Assembly (NCBI GenBank): GCA_022562795.1 | Contig: JADFOP010000005.1 | Span: 3,660 to 67,659 of the forward strand | Source: Nitrospinota bacterium | GTDB taxonomy: Bacteria > JADFOP01 | Reading direction: 5' to 3' | Length of the DNA stretch: 64,000 nucleotides | Shown: positions 1-11,140 of the stretch, in pieces | Position numbering within the stretch: the first letter of the stretch is position 1 | Layout of the letters: each line of letters opens with the position of its first letter | Notes under the pieces: generated by a model | Seen by the model: the letters and a program-made list of their open reading frames with translations, nothing else | Told to the model about the DNA's origin: nothing | Database searches by the model: none | Translations under genes and position numbers: made by a program

Positions 1-775
1 TAATCGCCTGACGGATGGTATCGTCCGTCACATTTCCGACGTTGGCCAGGTAGCCCATGAATCCACCGGCAAATGAATCCCCCGCTCCGGTTGGGTCGAA
101 GACCGTCTCCAAGGGGTAGGCCGGTGCGGCGAAGACAGTATCATTGTTGAACATGAGGGCCCCATACTCTCCCCGTTTGATGATGAGGCCGGATGGCCCC
201 ATGGCGAGAATCGCCTGGGCTGCCTGATAGATATTGGCCTGGCGACCCAGCTCGCGAGCCTCGCTATCATTGACGGCTAGAATATCAACGTGGCGAAGCG
301 TATCGGTGAGCTCATCGGGCTTGCCTTCGATCCAAAAATTCATCGTGTCGCACGCCACCAGCTCGGGCGCTTCCATCTGCTCCAGAACCCGAAGCTGGAG
401 CACCGGATCGATATTTGCCAGAAAAACGTACGGGCACGTCCGGTAGCTCTCAGGAATCTTGGGATCAAAGGTCTCGAAGACGTTAAGGTGGGTGGCCAAT
501 GTGGTCGCATTAAGATCGAACCCATACTCCCCGCTCCAGCGGAAAGTCTCGCCCGCACGGCGCTCCAGGCCCTCTATATTGACCCGGTGATCACGAAAGA
601 GCTCGACGCACTCGTCGGGAAAATCGTCCCCGACCACGGCCACCAGGTTTACGTCGGTGAAGAAGCTGGCGGCAATTGAGAAGTAGGTCGCCGACCCGCC
701 CAGCACCCCCTTAGCCTCCCCAAAGGGGGTCCGAACATCGTCAAATGCCACACTGCCTACGACGAGAAGACTCAC
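1..775 (-). CDS. PfkB/ribokinase-family carbohydrate kinase, 3' end runs off the window
   Basis: Not in the ORF track (no stop in window). Hand translation from GTG at 775 gives MSLLVVGSVAFDDVRTPFGE...LGGSATYFS, and in the same frame the PfkB signature VFDPTGAGDSFAGGF (Asp codon 97-95). Confidence 0.9.
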   Translation of the reverse strand, partial: MSLLVVGSVAFDDVRTPFGEAKGVLGGSATYFSIAASFFTDVNLVAVVGDDFPDECVELFRDHRVNIEGLERRAGETFRWSGEYGFDLNATTLATHLNVFETFDPKIPESYRTCPYVFLANIDPVLQLRVLEQMEAPELVACDTMNFWIEGKPDELTDTLRHVDILAVNDSEARELGRQANIYQAAQAILAMGPSGLIIKRGEYGALMFNNDTVFAAPAYPLETVFDPTGAGDSFAGGFMGYLANVGNVTDDTIRQAI

Positions 776-793
776 GGCACAGCCCTGCCTTTC

Positions 794-1774
794 TCAGATT
801 AGATCCCGTAGGTAGCGGGCGGCATCTTTGGCGTGGTAGGTAAGAATAATGTCGGCCCCCGCCCGCCGGATGCTGGTCAATACCTCCATGACAACCCTGT
901 CTTCCTCCAGCCAACCACGGGCCGCAGCGGCCTTGACCATCGCGTACTCGCCCGAGACGTTGTAAGCGGCCACGGGAACGTTCAGCTCGTCCTTGACCCG
1001 GCGGATGACATCGAGGTAGGGGAGCGCCGGCTTGACCATGACGATGTCGGCCCCCTCCTCGATATCGAGGGCTGCCTCGCGGATGGCCTCGTCGCTGTTG
1101 GGCGGGTCCATCTGGTGGCTTTTGCGGTCGCCGAAGGCCGGGGCCGAGTGGGAGGCGTCACGGAACGGCCCATAGAACGCAGAGGCGTACTTAACGGCAT
1201 ATGACAGGATGGGCGCCCCCTCGAAGCCCTCCTCGTCGAGCCGCGTTCGGATGGCCAAGACCCGACCGTCCATCATGTCCGAGGGGGCGACCATGTCGGC
1301 CCCGGCCCGCACGTGCGAGAGCGCCGTGGCAACCAACGGCTCCAAGGTGGCGTCGTTGTCTATGCGGCCGTCGACGACAATTCCACAGTGGCCGTGGTCG
1401 GTGTAGGCGCAGAGGCAGACATCGGTAATCACAACCAGGTCCTCCACGTGGGCCTTGAGGGCGGCGACAGCCCGCTGGACTACGCCGTCGTCGCGGTAGG
1501 CTTCGCTCCCCTTGGGGTCTTTGTGCTCGGGTACGCCGAATAGGATGACCGCAGGGATGCCGAGCTCCCGGACCTCCTTGGCCTCGAGGACGAGCTGGTC
1601 GGCCGAGAGGTGATAGACCCCCGGCATGGAGGGAATCTCCTCGCGGATCGACTCCCCGGAGACCGTGAAGAGGGGGTAGATGAGGTCGTCCACCGAAAGG
1701 CGGGTCTCTCTGACCATGCGTCTAAAGCGCTCGTCCTCACGGAGCCTGCGAGGCCGACGAATAGGAATGGGCAC
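794..1774 (-). CDS. hemB: Porphobilinogen synthase (ALA dehydratase)
   Basis: RRPRRLR N-terminus, Zn-binding [34 protein letters not shown]. Confidence 0.98.
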   Translation of the reverse strand: MPIPIRRPRRLREDERFRRMVRETRLSVDDLIYPLFTVSGESIREEIPSMPGVYHLSADQLVLEAKEVRELGIPAVILFGVPEHKDPKGSEAYRDDGVVQRAVAALKAHVEDLVVITDVCLCAYTDHGHCGIVVDGRIDNDATLEPLVATALSHVRAGADMVAPSDMMDGRVLAIRTRLDEEGFEGAPILSYAVKYASAFYGPFRDASHSAPAFGDRKSHQMDPPNSDEAIREAALDIEEGADIVMVKPALPYLDVIRRVKDELNVPVAAYNVSGEYAMVKAAAARGWLEEDRVVMEVLTSIRRAGADIILTYHAKDAARYLRDLI

Positions 1775-1776
1775 CG

Positions 1777-2583
1777 TCAGAAACTCCCCTGCGCCGTTGC
1801 GAAATGCGTTATAAGAGCTTCGACCAATCCCTCGACGGTATAGCTATCCGCCACCACCGCAGGGGCCAGCCCCGCTCTGCGGGCCGTCTCAGCGGTGATA
1901 GGCCCGATGCAGGCTACCGACACCTTGTCAAGAAGCGCCTTAGAGCCGTGGTCCGCCATAAGCGCCAGGAAGTTGGTCACCGTCGAGGAGCTTGTAAATG
2001 CCACGGCATCGATCTCGCTTGCAGCCAACCGCCTGGCGAGTTCAGCGGCCGGCGCCGAAGGGGGCGCCTCCGTACGGTATGCCTCCACCACGTCGATGAT
2101 TCCGCCGAGGGCTCGAATCGACTCCGGCAATACCTCCCGCGCAAACCGTGCCCGGGGAAGGAGTATCCGACTGCCAGAGAAGTTCGTAGGGCCGATGGCC
2201 GCTATGATTGCCTCCGCCCTATACTCATTAGGCATGCAGTCAACGGTCAGCCCCAGGTCCTCCAGGGCCTTGGCCGTCTTGGGGCCGATCGCCGCCAGCT
2301 TCAGCCCGGCTAGGGCCTCCGGGCTCTGGGCGCGCTCAGCGAGGCGTTTAGCAACCGCCTCCACACCCCGGGCGCTGGTGAAGATGCACCATTTGTACGA
2401 AGAGATCCGGTCAAGGGCCGTATCGAGCGGCCCCATGTTCTTCGGCGGATGGATGACGATGGTCGTAAAGCAGACTGCCTCGGCCCCTTGGGCCTCCAAG
2501 AGGGAGACGAATGGAGCCGCCTGCTTCTTGGGTCGGGTCACAACGATTCGCCGCCCGGCGAGGGGCATGGTCGCTCTCGGCAT
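1777..2583 (-). CDS. hemD: Uroporphyrinogen-III synthase (stand-alone)
   Basis: [36 protein letters not shown] motifs; lies between hemC and hemB. Confidence 0.93.
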   Translation of the reverse strand: MPRATMPLAGRRIVVTRPKKQAAPFVSLLEAQGAEAVCFTTIVIHPPKNMGPLDTALDRISSYKWCIFTSARGVEAVAKRLAERAQSPEALAGLKLAAIGPKTAKALEDLGLTVDCMPNEYRAEAIIAAIGPTNFSGSRILLPRARFAREVLPESIRALGGIIDVVEAYRTEAPPSAPAAELARRLAASEIDAVAFTSSSTVTNFLALMADHGSKALLDKVSVACIGPITAETARRAGLAPAVVADSYTVEGLVEALITHFATAQGSF

Positions 2584-2595
2584 TCGTAGATTCCT

Positions 2596-3549
2596 CTAGG
2601 CCCCCCCCGGCAGGGGGTGGTCCTCCCGGTAGACCTCTTCGAGAATTGGGCCGGCCCCTTGAGCGAGGAGATCCTCGGCCAGAACCTGGCCTATGGCTAG
2701 GGCCTCCTCCAAGGGGCCGGCCCGCTCCCCGTAGAAGATCGGCTCCCCCCTGGGGTGGCCCACCATGCCACGGAGGACGAGACGCCCCCCATCCACCTGG
2801 CCGAAGCAACCAATGGGGACCTGGCAGCCGCCTTCAAGCCTCTTGAGAAAGGCCCGTTCCGCCAGGACCGTCCGGTGGACGAGGTCGTTGTCGAGGGCCG
2901 CCACGATCTCGTTGACCCACCCGTCGTCGCCTCGGGCCTCAATGCCCAACACCCCCTGGCCGACGGCAGGCAGCATCAGCTCGGGAGAAAGGATCTCGGA
3001 TATCCGATCGGCCACCCCGAGCCTATTCATCCCCGCCGCTGCTAGGATGATGGCATCCAGGCCCTCTTCCTCCAGCTTGCGCAGCCGGGTATCAACGTTG
3101 CCCCTCAGGGCTCTCAGGTCGAAATCGACCCGGAGGCGCCTAAGCTGGACCTGGCGCCTCAGGCTGGAGGTACCGATGACGGCCCCCGTCGGGAGCGACA
3201 GCAAGGGGGCTCCGTTGCGGGATACCACTGCGTCACGAGGGTCCTCCCGATCTGTCATGGCGACGATGGCGAGGCCCTCAGGAAGATCCGTGGGGACGTC
3301 TTTCATGCTGTGAACGGCGATGTCAATCCGGCCCGCCATGAGGGCTTCTTCGATCTCTTTGACGAAGAGCCCTTTGCCGCCGACCTTGGCGAGGGCCACA
3401 TCGAGAATTTTGTCCCCCGTGGTCGTAATCTTCTCGATCCGGCAGGCCAGCCCCGTGTGGGCGGCCTCGAGGCGATCCCTTACCCACCCCGCCTGCCACA
3501 GGGCAAGTTTACTGCCCCGCGTCCCTATAACAAGTTCACGTTCGGGCAC
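2596..3549 (-). CDS. hemC: Hydroxymethylbilane synthase (porphobilinogen deaminase)
   Basis: IGTRGSKLALWQA, GGKGLFVKEIE, VHSMKDVP, GTSSLRR, LEGGCQVPIG. Confidence 0.98.
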   Translation of the reverse strand: MPERELVIGTRGSKLALWQAGWVRDRLEAAHTGLACRIEKITTTGDKILDVALAKVGGKGLFVKEIEEALMAGRIDIAVHSMKDVPTDLPEGLAIVAMTDREDPRDAVVSRNGAPLLSLPTGAVIGTSSLRRQVQLRRLRVDFDLRALRGNVDTRLRKLEEEGLDAIILAAAGMNRLGVADRISEILSPELMLPAVGQGVLGIEARGDDGWVNEIVAALDNDLVHRTVLAERAFLKRLEGGCQVPIGCFGQVDGGRLVLRGMVGHPRGEPIFYGERAGPLEEALAIGQVLAEDLLAQGAGPILEEVYREDHPLPGGA

Positions 3550-3557
3550 GGGCCGCC

Positions 3558-4820
3558 TCAGCCGAGCCTGAAGAGGCGCCGGGCGATTTCCAGAACTTTG
3601 CCTCCCTCTTCACCATCAGAATGCTTCTTCAGGGCTACAATGGGGTCGTGCATAATCTTCTTGACTATGGCGTCCGCCATAGCTTCCACGCTTTGGCGCT
3701 CCATGTCGCCCATGCTTCCGAGCCTGGCCAGGGTCTTAGCCACCTCTTCCTCGCGGATGCGGTCGGCCTTCTCGAGCAATTCAACGATCGTAGGCACTGC
3801 ATCGAGGGATGCGAACCAATGCATGAAGGTACGAACCTCCCGCCTTAGAATCTCCTCGGCCTTGACGGCCTCACGCTGGCGCTCCTTGACGTTGGACTCC
3901 ACCACCGTCTCAAGGTCGTCAATATCATAGCGATAGACGTTAGCCAACTCATCGACCGCCGGATCGATGTCTCTGGGAACTGCAATGTCGATAAAGAACA
4001 TTGGGCGGTTTCGTCGGACCCTGAGAGCCTTCTGGACGCTCTTCTTTGTTATGATGGGCTGAGGTGAGCCGGTGGAGCTGATGACGATGTCGACCTCGGG
4101 GAGGCGCTCCTCCAGGCTCTCGAAGGCGACTGCCTCGCCAAGGAACCCCCGGGCGGTCTCCACCGCTCGCTCGTAGGTCCGGTTGGTCACCAAGACCCGC
4201 CCCACCCCGTGGCTCGTCAGGTGCCGGGCAGCCAGCTCGCTCATCTTCCCCGCCCCTATGATCATGACGGCTCGATCACTTAAGTCCGCGAAAATCTTCT
4301 TGGCCAACTCCACGGCGGCGAAGCTCACAGAGACGGCGTGCGCCGCCACCGCCGTCTCGGTCCGCACCCGCTTGGCCACGTTGAAGGCCCTTTCAAAGAG
4401 GTTGTTCAGGACGGGGCCGGTGGCTTTATGTCTCTTCGCCTCGAAATAGGCCTCCTTGACTTGCCCAGTAATCTGGGGCTCGCCGACAATCATGGAATCA
4501 AGGCTAGAGCCCACCCGAAAACAATGTCGGACGGCCTCTTCACCCAGGTAGAAGTAGGAGTGGTTCTCGATATCCGCCGCCTCGAGGAGATGGAAGCGGC
4601 TGATGAGGTCCCGAATGAGCTCTGGCCTGGCGTACCGGTCAGAGGCCCGTCCGTATATCTCTACCCGGTTGCAGGTCGAGAGGACGACCGCCTCATCCAG
4701 GTGGCACTCCTCGCCGAGGCATTCCAGAATGTTTTTAAGCTCCCCCGGCGGGAACGCCAGCTTCTCCCGAAACTCAACCGGGGCCGTCTTGTGGCTTACG
4801 CCGTATAGGAGAATGCGCAT
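3558..4820 (-). CDS. hemA: Glutamyl-tRNA reductase
   Basis: SHKTAPVEFRE, catalytic STCNRVEIY, SLDSMIVGEPQITGQVK, IIGAGKM, DIAVPRDIDP. Confidence 0.98.
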   Translation of the reverse strand: MRILLYGVSHKTAPVEFREKLAFPPGELKNILECLGEECHLDEAVVLSTCNRVEIYGRASDRYARPELIRDLISRFHLLEAADIENHSYFYLGEEAVRHCFRVGSSLDSMIVGEPQITGQVKEAYFEAKRHKATGPVLNNLFERAFNVAKRVRTETAVAAHAVSVSFAAVELAKKIFADLSDRAVMIIGAGKMSELAARHLTSHGVGRVLVTNRTYERAVETARGFLGEAVAFESLEERLPEVDIVISSTGSPQPIITKKSVQKALRVRRNRPMFFIDIAVPRDIDPAVDELANVYRYDIDDLETVVESNVKERQREAVKAEEILRREVRTFMHWFASLDAVPTIVELLEKADRIREEEVAKTLARLGSMGDMERQSVEAMADAIVKKIMHDPIVALKKHSDGEEGGKVLEIARRLFRLG

Positions 4821-4850
4821 TGGCTTAACGCCTAAGCCCGACCGTAGTTC

Positions 4851-5666
4851 CTATTGAAAGGTGTGATAGCCTTTCAACAACAGGCCGACACCCACGAAGG
4901 TGAACATTACGGTGCAAAATCCCACGATGTTGAGAAGCGCCGCCCTGCGGCCGCGCCACCCCGCCGTAAGCCGCCCGTAGAGCAGCACGGCGTATATGAA
5001 CCAGGTGATGAGGGCCCAGGTCTCCTTGGGATCCCATCGCCAGTAGGTGCCGAAGGCGTACTGGGCCCAGATGGAGCCGGTTATAATGCCCAGCGTCAGT
5101 ACGGGAAATCCGAACGAGAGGGCCCGGTAGCCGAGCTCGTCTAGCGCTTCGAGGCTCGGGAGCCTATAGTAAAAGGCTCCGGGCCTCTTCCTTTTGAGCT
5201 GGTGCTCCTGGAGGAGATACATGATGCCGGCCCCGAAGGTGACGGCGAAGGCCGCGTAGCCGAGAACGGCAAGGGTCACGTGAATCCCAAGCCACGAGCT
5301 TTTTAGCACCGGCAGCAGGGGCCTTACCTCGCTAGGCAGGACGGCCGCGTACCCCAGCGTGATGAAGGCAAGAGGCATGACGAATGCCCCTAAAATCTCA
5401 ATCCGGTATTTGTACTTGGAGATGAGGAAGGCCAGCGTGATGGTCCAGGAAAAGAAGGTCATCGACTCGTGGAGGTTGCTGAGCGGGAGGTGGCCCACCG
5501 CCTGCGCCCTTAAGATAATCGCGGAGGTGTGAGCGAGGAATCCCACCAGGACGAGCGCGGAGCCCGCCGTCCCGACCCTCTTGTTCTTGTAGTAGAAAAA
5601 GACGAGGAAGACCACCGCGGCCAGAAAATAAGAAACTATCGTAATATTAAAGAAGAAAGTGGTCAC
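4851..5666 (-). CDS. ccsA: Cytochrome c biogenesis protein CcsA/ResC family (system II)
   Basis: Multi-TM protein with PLSNLHES, WLGIHV and the WWD-domain TGSIWAQYAFGTYWRWDPKETW. Confidence 0.92.
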   Translation of the reverse strand: MTTFFFNITIVSYFLAAVVFLVFFYYKNKRVGTAGSALVLVGFLAHTSAIILRAQAVGHLPLSNLHESMTFFSWTITLAFLISKYKYRIEILGAFVMPLAFITLGYAAVLPSEVRPLLPVLKSSWLGIHVTLAVLGYAAFAVTFGAGIMYLLQEHQLKRKRPGAFYYRLPSLEALDELGYRALSFGFPVLTLGIITGSIWAQYAFGTYWRWDPKETWALITWFIYAVLLYGRLTAGWRGRRAALLNIVGFCTVMFTFVGVGLLLKGYHTFQ

Positions 5667-5710
5667 GGCGCATCCCAGGGCTGAGAAGACACAAATAGAC
5701 TCAACCAGTT

Positions 5711-5740
5711 ATGATAGCCTTGCTCTCAGGGATATGTCAA
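5711..5740 (-). promoter_or_regulatory. Candidate sigma70 promoter for ccsA-hemACDB
   Basis: TTGACA-N18-TATCAT on the minus strand upstream of ccsA. Confidence 0.5.
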
Positions 5741-5757
5741 CGGGGCGATGCGGGTTG

Positions 5758-6258
5758 CTAGGCGGGCGTCTCCTGACCAGGTACGGCTTCTTCCTCCCTG
5801 CGGCGGCTCTCCTTCAACAGGTCCTGAAGCTCTTCCATGAACTCGTTTATATCCTTGAACTGCCGATAGACTGATGCAAAGCGCACGTAGGCCACCTCGT
5901 CGGCGGATTGGAGCTCTGCCATCACGGCGTCACCGATGATGTTGCTCGAGACCTCTCTCTCCCCCTTCTCCTGGAGAAGCTTCTCAATGCGAGAGATCAT
6001 CTGGTCTCGCTCCTCAATGCTAATGGGCCTTTTTTCGAGAGCCTTATCAATGCCAGCACGCAGCTTCTCCTTGTCGTAGGGCTCACGGCGGCCATCCTTC
6101 TTAGAAATGGCAGGCATCGTTTCCTCGGTCCTCTCGTACGTGGTGAAACGCCGGCCACAGGCAAAGCATTCCCGTCGGCGACGTATGACATTCCTTTCCC
6201 TTGAGACTCGGGAGTCGATGACCTTGTTTTCAAGGTGCGCGCAGGACGGACATCTCAT
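5758..6258 (-). CDS. nrdR: Transcriptional repressor NrdR
   Basis: MRCPSC...KVIDSR...[16 protein letters not shown] zinc ribbon, ATP cone, [10 protein letters not shown]. Confidence 0.97.
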   Translation of the reverse strand: MRCPSCAHLENKVIDSRVSRERNVIRRRRECFACGRRFTTYERTEETMPAISKKDGRREPYDKEKLRAGIDKALEKRPISIEERDQMISRIEKLLQEKGEREVSSNIIGDAVMAELQSADEVAYVRFASVYRQFKDINEFMEELQDLLKESRRREEEAVPGQETPA

Positions 6259-6300
6259 GGAAGTCTCTCTCGCCCAATCCGCAACCGGGAGGCTTCAGCG

Positions 6301-7563
6301 TCACGAGACCCGCCGCAAAGTCTCCTGGTAGACGGGAAACTGATCTGTGAGGCCTCGCACATCGTCTTTCACGGAAGCCTTGACATCGTCTCGGTCGATG
6401 TCGTTGAGCACTCTTGAGATGAGGTCCCCTATTACCTCCATCTCAGGCTCTCCCATGCCACGGGTTGTAACAGCCGGGGTCCCGATGCGGATTCCGCTGG
6501 TCACGAAGGGGCTTCGCGTCTCGAAGGGGATGACGTTCTTATTGACCGTGATGCCGGCCCGATCGAGAGCCTCCTCGGCATCCTTTCCGGTAATGTCAGT
6601 CTCCCTAAGGTCAAGGAGCATCATGTGCTTGTCCGTCCCACCCGAAACGAGGCGATAGCCGTTACGCTGGAGAGAGGCGGCCAGGGCCTGGGCGTTCTTC
6701 ACAATTTGAGCCGCATATAGGCGGAACTCATCTGTGAGCGCCTCTTTGAAGGCCACCGCCTTGGCAGCGATGATGTGCATTAGAGGGCCCCCCTGCATGC
6801 CCGGAAAGACCATCTTGTTAATGATCTTGCCGTACTCTTCCGTGCACATAATCATGCCGCCCCTGGGCCCCCGGAGGGTCTTATGGGTGGTTGAGGTGAC
6901 GATTTCAGAGTGAGGCACTGGGCTCGGGTGAACCCCGGCGCAAATGAGACCTGCCGGGTGGGCTATGTCGGCCATGACGATAGCCCCCACCTCATCAGCC
7001 ACTTTCCGGAAGCCGGCGTAGTCGAAGTTGCGCGGATAAGCCGAGGCCCCTACGATGATGAGCTTTGGGTTGTGCCGTTTGGCGAGGTCCATGACTTCGT
7101 CCATGTCCACCACTTCGGTGTCTTTATTCACCCCGTAGAAGACCATCTTGTAGTACAAACCGGAGAAGTTGACTGGGCTTCCATGTGTGAGGTGTCCGCC
7201 GTGGGAGAGGTCCATCCCCATGATTGTATCGCCGTGCTCCAAAAGAGCCGAGTAGACAGCCATGTTTGCTTGACTGCCGGAATGGGGCTGGACGTTGGCC
7301 ACATCGACCCCGAAGAGTTGCTTGGCCCTCTCAATGGCCAGCTCCTCGGCGATGTCGACGAACTCGCACCCGCCGTAATAACGCCGACCAGGATACCCTT
7401 CAGCATACTTGTTGGTCATGACACAGCTCATGGCCTCCATTACGGCCTCGCTGACAAAATTCTCCGACGCAATGAGTTCGAGATTTACCTGGAGCCGCTC
7501 GGTCTCTAATCGAATCGCCTCAGCAATTTCGGGGTCAACGTCCACGAGCCTCTTAGAATTCAC
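6301..7563 (-). CDS. glyA: Serine hydroxymethyltransferase
   Basis: [28 protein letters not shown]-lysine [13 protein letters not shown]. Confidence 0.99.
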   Translation of the reverse strand: MNSKRLVDVDPEIAEAIRLETERLQVNLELIASENFVSEAVMEAMSCVMTNKYAEGYPGRRYYGGCEFVDIAEELAIERAKQLFGVDVANVQPHSGSQANMAVYSALLEHGDTIMGMDLSHGGHLTHGSPVNFSGLYYKMVFYGVNKDTEVVDMDEVMDLAKRHNPKLIIVGASAYPRNFDYAGFRKVADEVGAIVMADIAHPAGLICAGVHPSPVPHSEIVTSTTHKTLRGPRGGMIMCTEEYGKIINKMVFPGMQGGPLMHIIAAKAVAFKEALTDEFRLYAAQIVKNAQALAASLQRNGYRLVSGGTDKHMMLLDLRETDITGKDAEEALDRAGITVNKNVIPFETRSPFVTSGIRIGTPAVTTRGMGEPEMEVIGDLISRVLNDIDRDDVKASVKDDVRGLTDQFPVYQETLRRVS

Positions 7564-7578
7564 GGTATTCTCTCCCTC

Positions 7579-8046
7579 CTAGGCGGAGCGCTGAGTCTCC
7601 CCTTCCATGATCTTCGCCACCCGCCGGGCGTGGCGATCCCCACTAAATGGTGTCGTCAAAAATATAGTGGCAATCTCCTCGGCAAGGCCCTTGCCAATGA
7701 TGCGGCCCCCGAGAGCGAGAACGTTGGCGTCGTTGTGCTCCCTTGCCATTCGGGCGGTGAAGCCGCAATGGCACAAGGCGGCCCGGATGCCTGGCACCTT
7801 ATTCGATGCAATGCTCATGCCGAGTCCAGTTCCGCACATAAGAAAACCGACCTGGAATCCCCCTCCAGCCACCGCCTCAGCCACCTTCTTGGCAAAATCG
7901 GGGTAGTCGACCGACTCCTCGTTGTAGGTGCCGCAGTCTTCAACGGAGTGGCCCTGCCAGGCCAAGAAACTTTTTAGGTGTTCTTTAAGCTCGAAGCCAG
8001 CGTGATCACTTCCGATTGCGATGGTGGTTGGCGTCATAGGATGCAC
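7579..8046 (-). CDS. rpiB: Ribose-5-phosphate isomerase B
   Basis: IGSDHAG, VDYPD, CGTGLGMSIASNK, AREHNDANVL. Confidence 0.96.
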   Translation of the reverse strand: MHPMTPTTIAIGSDHAGFELKEHLKSFLAWQGHSVEDCGTYNEESVDYPDFAKKVAEAVAGGGFQVGFLMCGTGLGMSIASNKVPGIRAALCHCGFTARMAREHNDANVLALGGRIIGKGLAEEIATIFLTTPFSGDRHARRVAKIMEGETQRSA

Positions 8047-8172
8047 AACTTAACCTTCTACCCTTCAACGGTTTACGGCACAAGAGGTGATATTCTATCG
8101 AAGGTCAAATTCCTCAAGATGTGGTAGTATATATTGCTCTAACAACAATATCTAGTAGCCCATCGGTGAGCA

Positions 8173-8201
8173 AGTTTACTCAATTAGGTACTCTTTGTCA
8201 A
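8173..8201 (-). promoter_or_regulatory. Candidate sigma70 promoter for rpiB-glyA-nrdR
   Basis: TTGACA-N17-TAAACT on the minus strand in an AT-rich intergenic region. Confidence 0.55.
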
Positions 8202-8430
8202 GGAAAAATCCCTACACTACAATAACCAGTAGAATGAGACATAATAGATATATTTTAGACAAGTTACATGTATATTCTTAAAGTTGTTTCTTAGGCTCAG
8301 CCGATGCAGTTCTCGGGGGGAGATTCGTGCAGGCCCCCGGTATTCTTGACTTCCTCGCAAGCTTACCATAATATGGCGCCCAATCAATCTGCGGACCAAC
8401 TGCCGGAGGTTACTCCGTCCACCCTTTATA

Positions 8431-9804
8431 ATGCTATCAGCCCATACCCATAGATCTTATTTCCTCGCGGGATCCTTAATTCTTCTTGTCCTTATTGCTC
8501 TGCCGACCCCTTTGGGGGCGCAGGTCTCCAGAAAAGCGAAACCCCTGGTAGCTCTGGCGCCGATCGTAGACCTAAACCCCAAACCAGCCACCTCCTGGCT
8601 TCCTCCATCCATCCTGTGGGGCTTAACTTACACCTTCCGAAAACTCTCCTCCATCGAACTCCTCGATCAGGCGGATATAGAGAAGCTCTTACAGGCAGAG
8701 AAGCTCAAGCCGGGCCAGGAGGTAGACGACCAGCGGGCCGTAGCCATCGGTCGAAAGTTGAACGCCGACCTCGTGGTAGTTGTCGCCTACGAGCTTATCG
8801 AGGACGAGAAAGTATCGCTTAGCGTTCGGCTAATTGAACCTAAATCGGACAAAGTCAATAAACCCATGACGGTCGAGGCCCCGATTGACCCACTCCTCTA
8901 CTCCCTCGCTACTATCGCCTTACGAACCGCATCCAACATGAAATACGAAGTCACCAGTGAGGAACGCCGTTCGGTGAATAACCCTCTCACCTTTTCATTT
9001 CGAAGCTTTTACGATTACCGACGCGCCCTTTCTGCATATGATCCGGAGGCGGGTACCGGCAACCTATCGGAAGCGATGGCTCTGTTGACCAACGCCGTCA
9101 TGCGTGACCCGCGCTTTCCTGAAGCCCGCTTTTTGCTAGGTCTCCTGGCTGCTCGTCAAGGCCGTTCGGAACAAGCCGCCACCCACCTCCAGCAGCTGGT
9201 TCAGGATAACCCGGCTCATCCCAACTCCCAGCACAACCTCGGGCTGGCAAGGCTCAACCGGGGCGACTACAGCGCGGCCCGTGGCGAATTGTTGAAGGCC
9301 TACCAGACCCATCCACGCCGGGCAAACATCCTCAACGACCTTTCCCTGGCTGCCTACTACCTCAAAGATTACGAGGCAGCGCGGAGCTACTTGACCAATG
9401 CGAGCGAGCTCGCCCCAACTAGCTCGGTCATCTGGAATAACATGGGTATTATGGCCTACGCTCAGGGGGCGTTCACCGAAGGCAAGCAAGCGTACGCCAA
9501 GGCCGTCCAGCACAACCCCAAGTCCGTGACCTCCCACTACAATCTAGGGCTGACCTACCTCCAGCTTGCCGAGATGGAAAAGGCCCAAGAGGCGTTTCAA
9601 AAAACTTTGGAGCTCGACCCCCGCCACGCCAAAACATATTACTCAATGGCCCTAATAGCCGAGGGCGACGGGACGGGCAAAGCCGCGGCCTACTGGAAAA
9701 AGTACCTGGAACTTGCCAAAGCGGACCCGGCCGAGCAGCCATTTGTCGCCTTTGCACAGGGGGAGCTGGAAAAACAGCCCGCCTCGAAAACACCTCAACC
9801 TTAA
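8431..9804 (+). CDS. Exported tetratricopeptide-repeat protein with an N-terminal alpha/beta (CsgG/FlgO/TolB-N-like) domain
   Basis: Hydrophobic signal-like N-terminus; C-terminal half has repeated TPR consensus (e.g. HYNLGLTYLQLAEMEKAQEAFQKTLELDP). The N-terminal domain call is by resemblance only. Confidence 0.75.
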   Translation: MLSAHTHRSYFLAGSLILLVLIALPTPLGAQVSRKAKPLVALAPIVDLNPKPATSWLPPSILWGLTYTFRKLSSIELLDQADIEKLLQAEKLKPGQEVDDQRAVAIGRKLNADLVVVVAYELIEDEKVSLSVRLIEPKSDKVNKPMTVEAPIDPLLYSLATIALRTASNMKYEVTSEERRSVNNPLTFSFRSFYDYRRALSAYDPEAGTGNLSEAMALLTNAVMRDPRFPEARFLLGLLAARQGRSEQAATHLQQLVQDNPAHPNSQHNLGLARLNRGDYSAARGELLKAYQTHPRRANILNDLSLAAYYLKDYEAARSYLTNASELAPTSSVIWNNMGIMAYAQGAFTEGKQAYAKAVQHNPKSVTSHYNLGLTYLQLAEMEKAQEAFQKTLELDPRHAKTYYSMALIAEGDGTGKAAAYWKKYLELAKADPAEQPFVAFAQGELEKQPASKTPQP

Positions 9805-9852
9805 AGAGCCCTTCGCCCTTTCCGAAAAACACGCTCTCAATCGAGGTACGCT

Positions 9853-11130
9853 TTAGGAACTCTGGAGATTCATCTCGGCGCCCAGGCTCGCCATAAGCTC
9901 TACGAAGGTGGGAAAGGTAACGTCTATCGCCTCTGCCGTGGTGACAGTTGTCGGCCCGTCCGCCCTGAGGCCCGCCACGGCGAGGGCCATAACGATGCGA
10001 TGATCGCTCCAACCTTCGACCACCGCGCCCCTAAGGGCGCTCTCGTGGACGATTAGACCGTCGGGCAGCTCCTCCACCCGGCCGCCGAGCTTTGTAAGCT
10101 CCGCCGCCATTACCGTGATCCGGTCGGTCTCTTTGATGCGGGCCTGGGGGACATTGCGGAGCGTCGTTTGGCCCCGTGCGAAGCAGCCAACCACGGCGAG
10201 CGCCGGCAGGGCATCGGGGGTGTCGTTGAGGTCAAACTCCTGCCCGACGAGCTCTCCCGGCCCAACGGTAATGCTCGTCCCATCAATGTCAATGCGTGCC
10301 CCCATCGCCTGGAGCATCTCGACCACCGCCTTATCACCCTGTGTATCGGCCATGTCGAGTCCCTGGAGGGTAATGGTCCCTGCCCCGATGGCCCCGGCCG
10401 CAAGAAAAAAGGTGGCCGAAGAGAAATCACCAGGGACGGATACTTCATCGGCCCGGTAGCTCTGGCCTCCCTTGACAAAGAAGCGCTCAAAGCCCTCTCG
10501 TTCACACACGATTCCCTGGCGGTCGAGCCACCACAGCGTCATCCCAACGTAGGGCTTTTCATGGAGGTCGAGCACGGTTATCTCCGTGGACTCCGGGGCC
10601 AGGGGGGTGGAGATTAGAAGGCTCGTCACGTACTGGGATGTGATGCCGCTGACTGTGACCGCCCCGCCCTGGATGGGGCCGGTGACCACCACCGGGAGAG
10701 TCCCATCGCCCTTCTTTGAGAAGGCCTTCGCCCCAAGGGTATTCAGCGCCTCTAGGAGGGGCCCCATGGGGCGGCGGCGGGCTTGATCATCGCCGGTAAA
10801 TTCGCTCGTGCCAGGACAGAGGCCAGCCACCCCAAGGCCGATACGGCAGGCGGTGCCTGAGTTGCCCACATCGACGACATCGTCGGGCGCCCGAAGGTCT
10901 CCTCCCGTGCCCTCAACAATCCACCGCCCAGGGTCCGACGTGTCGATCGAGGCGCCAAAGGCCCGGGCCACGGCCACGGAGCTACGACCGTCGGCAGAGT
11001 CGAGGGGGTTTAAGATGGTCGAGGCGCCATCGGCCAAAGCCGCGATAATCACCGCCCGGATTGTGTGGGATTTGCTCGATGGGATGGTAACGGCTCCCGC
11101 GAGGGAGGAGGGAAGGACAACCAGGTTCAC
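9853..11130 (-). CDS. aroA: 3-phosphoshikimate 1-carboxyvinyltransferase
   Basis: PSSKSHTIRA, GNSGTACR, SQYVTSLL, PGDFSSA, KETDRI, SDHRIVMA. Start moved from the track's 11247 to GTG at 11130, just after the aroC stop. Confidence 0.96.
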   Translation of the reverse strand: MNLVVLPSSLAGAVTIPSSKSHTIRAVIIAALADGASTILNPLDSADGRSSVAVARAFGASIDTSDPGRWIVEGTGGDLRAPDDVVDVGNSGTACRIGLGVAGLCPGTSEFTGDDQARRRPMGPLLEALNTLGAKAFSKKGDGTLPVVVTGPIQGGAVTVSGITSQYVTSLLISTPLAPESTEITVLDLHEKPYVGMTLWWLDRQGIVCEREGFERFFVKGGQSYRADEVSVPGDFSSATFFLAAGAIGAGTITLQGLDMADTQGDKAVVEMLQAMGARIDIDGTSITVGPGELVGQEFDLNDTPDALPALAVVGCFARGQTTLRNVPQARIKETDRITVMAAELTKLGGRVEELPDGLIVHESALRGAVVEGWSDHRIVMALAVAGLRADGPTTVTTAEAIDVTFPTFVELMASLGAEMNLQSS

Positions 11131-11140
11131 GGTGGGGTCC

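Noticed and set aside
8047-8430. AT-rich gap upstream of rpiB-glyA as a possible ZTP riboswitch or integration site
   Set aside because: No ZTP consensus, direct repeats or att-like sequence; explained by divergent promoters.
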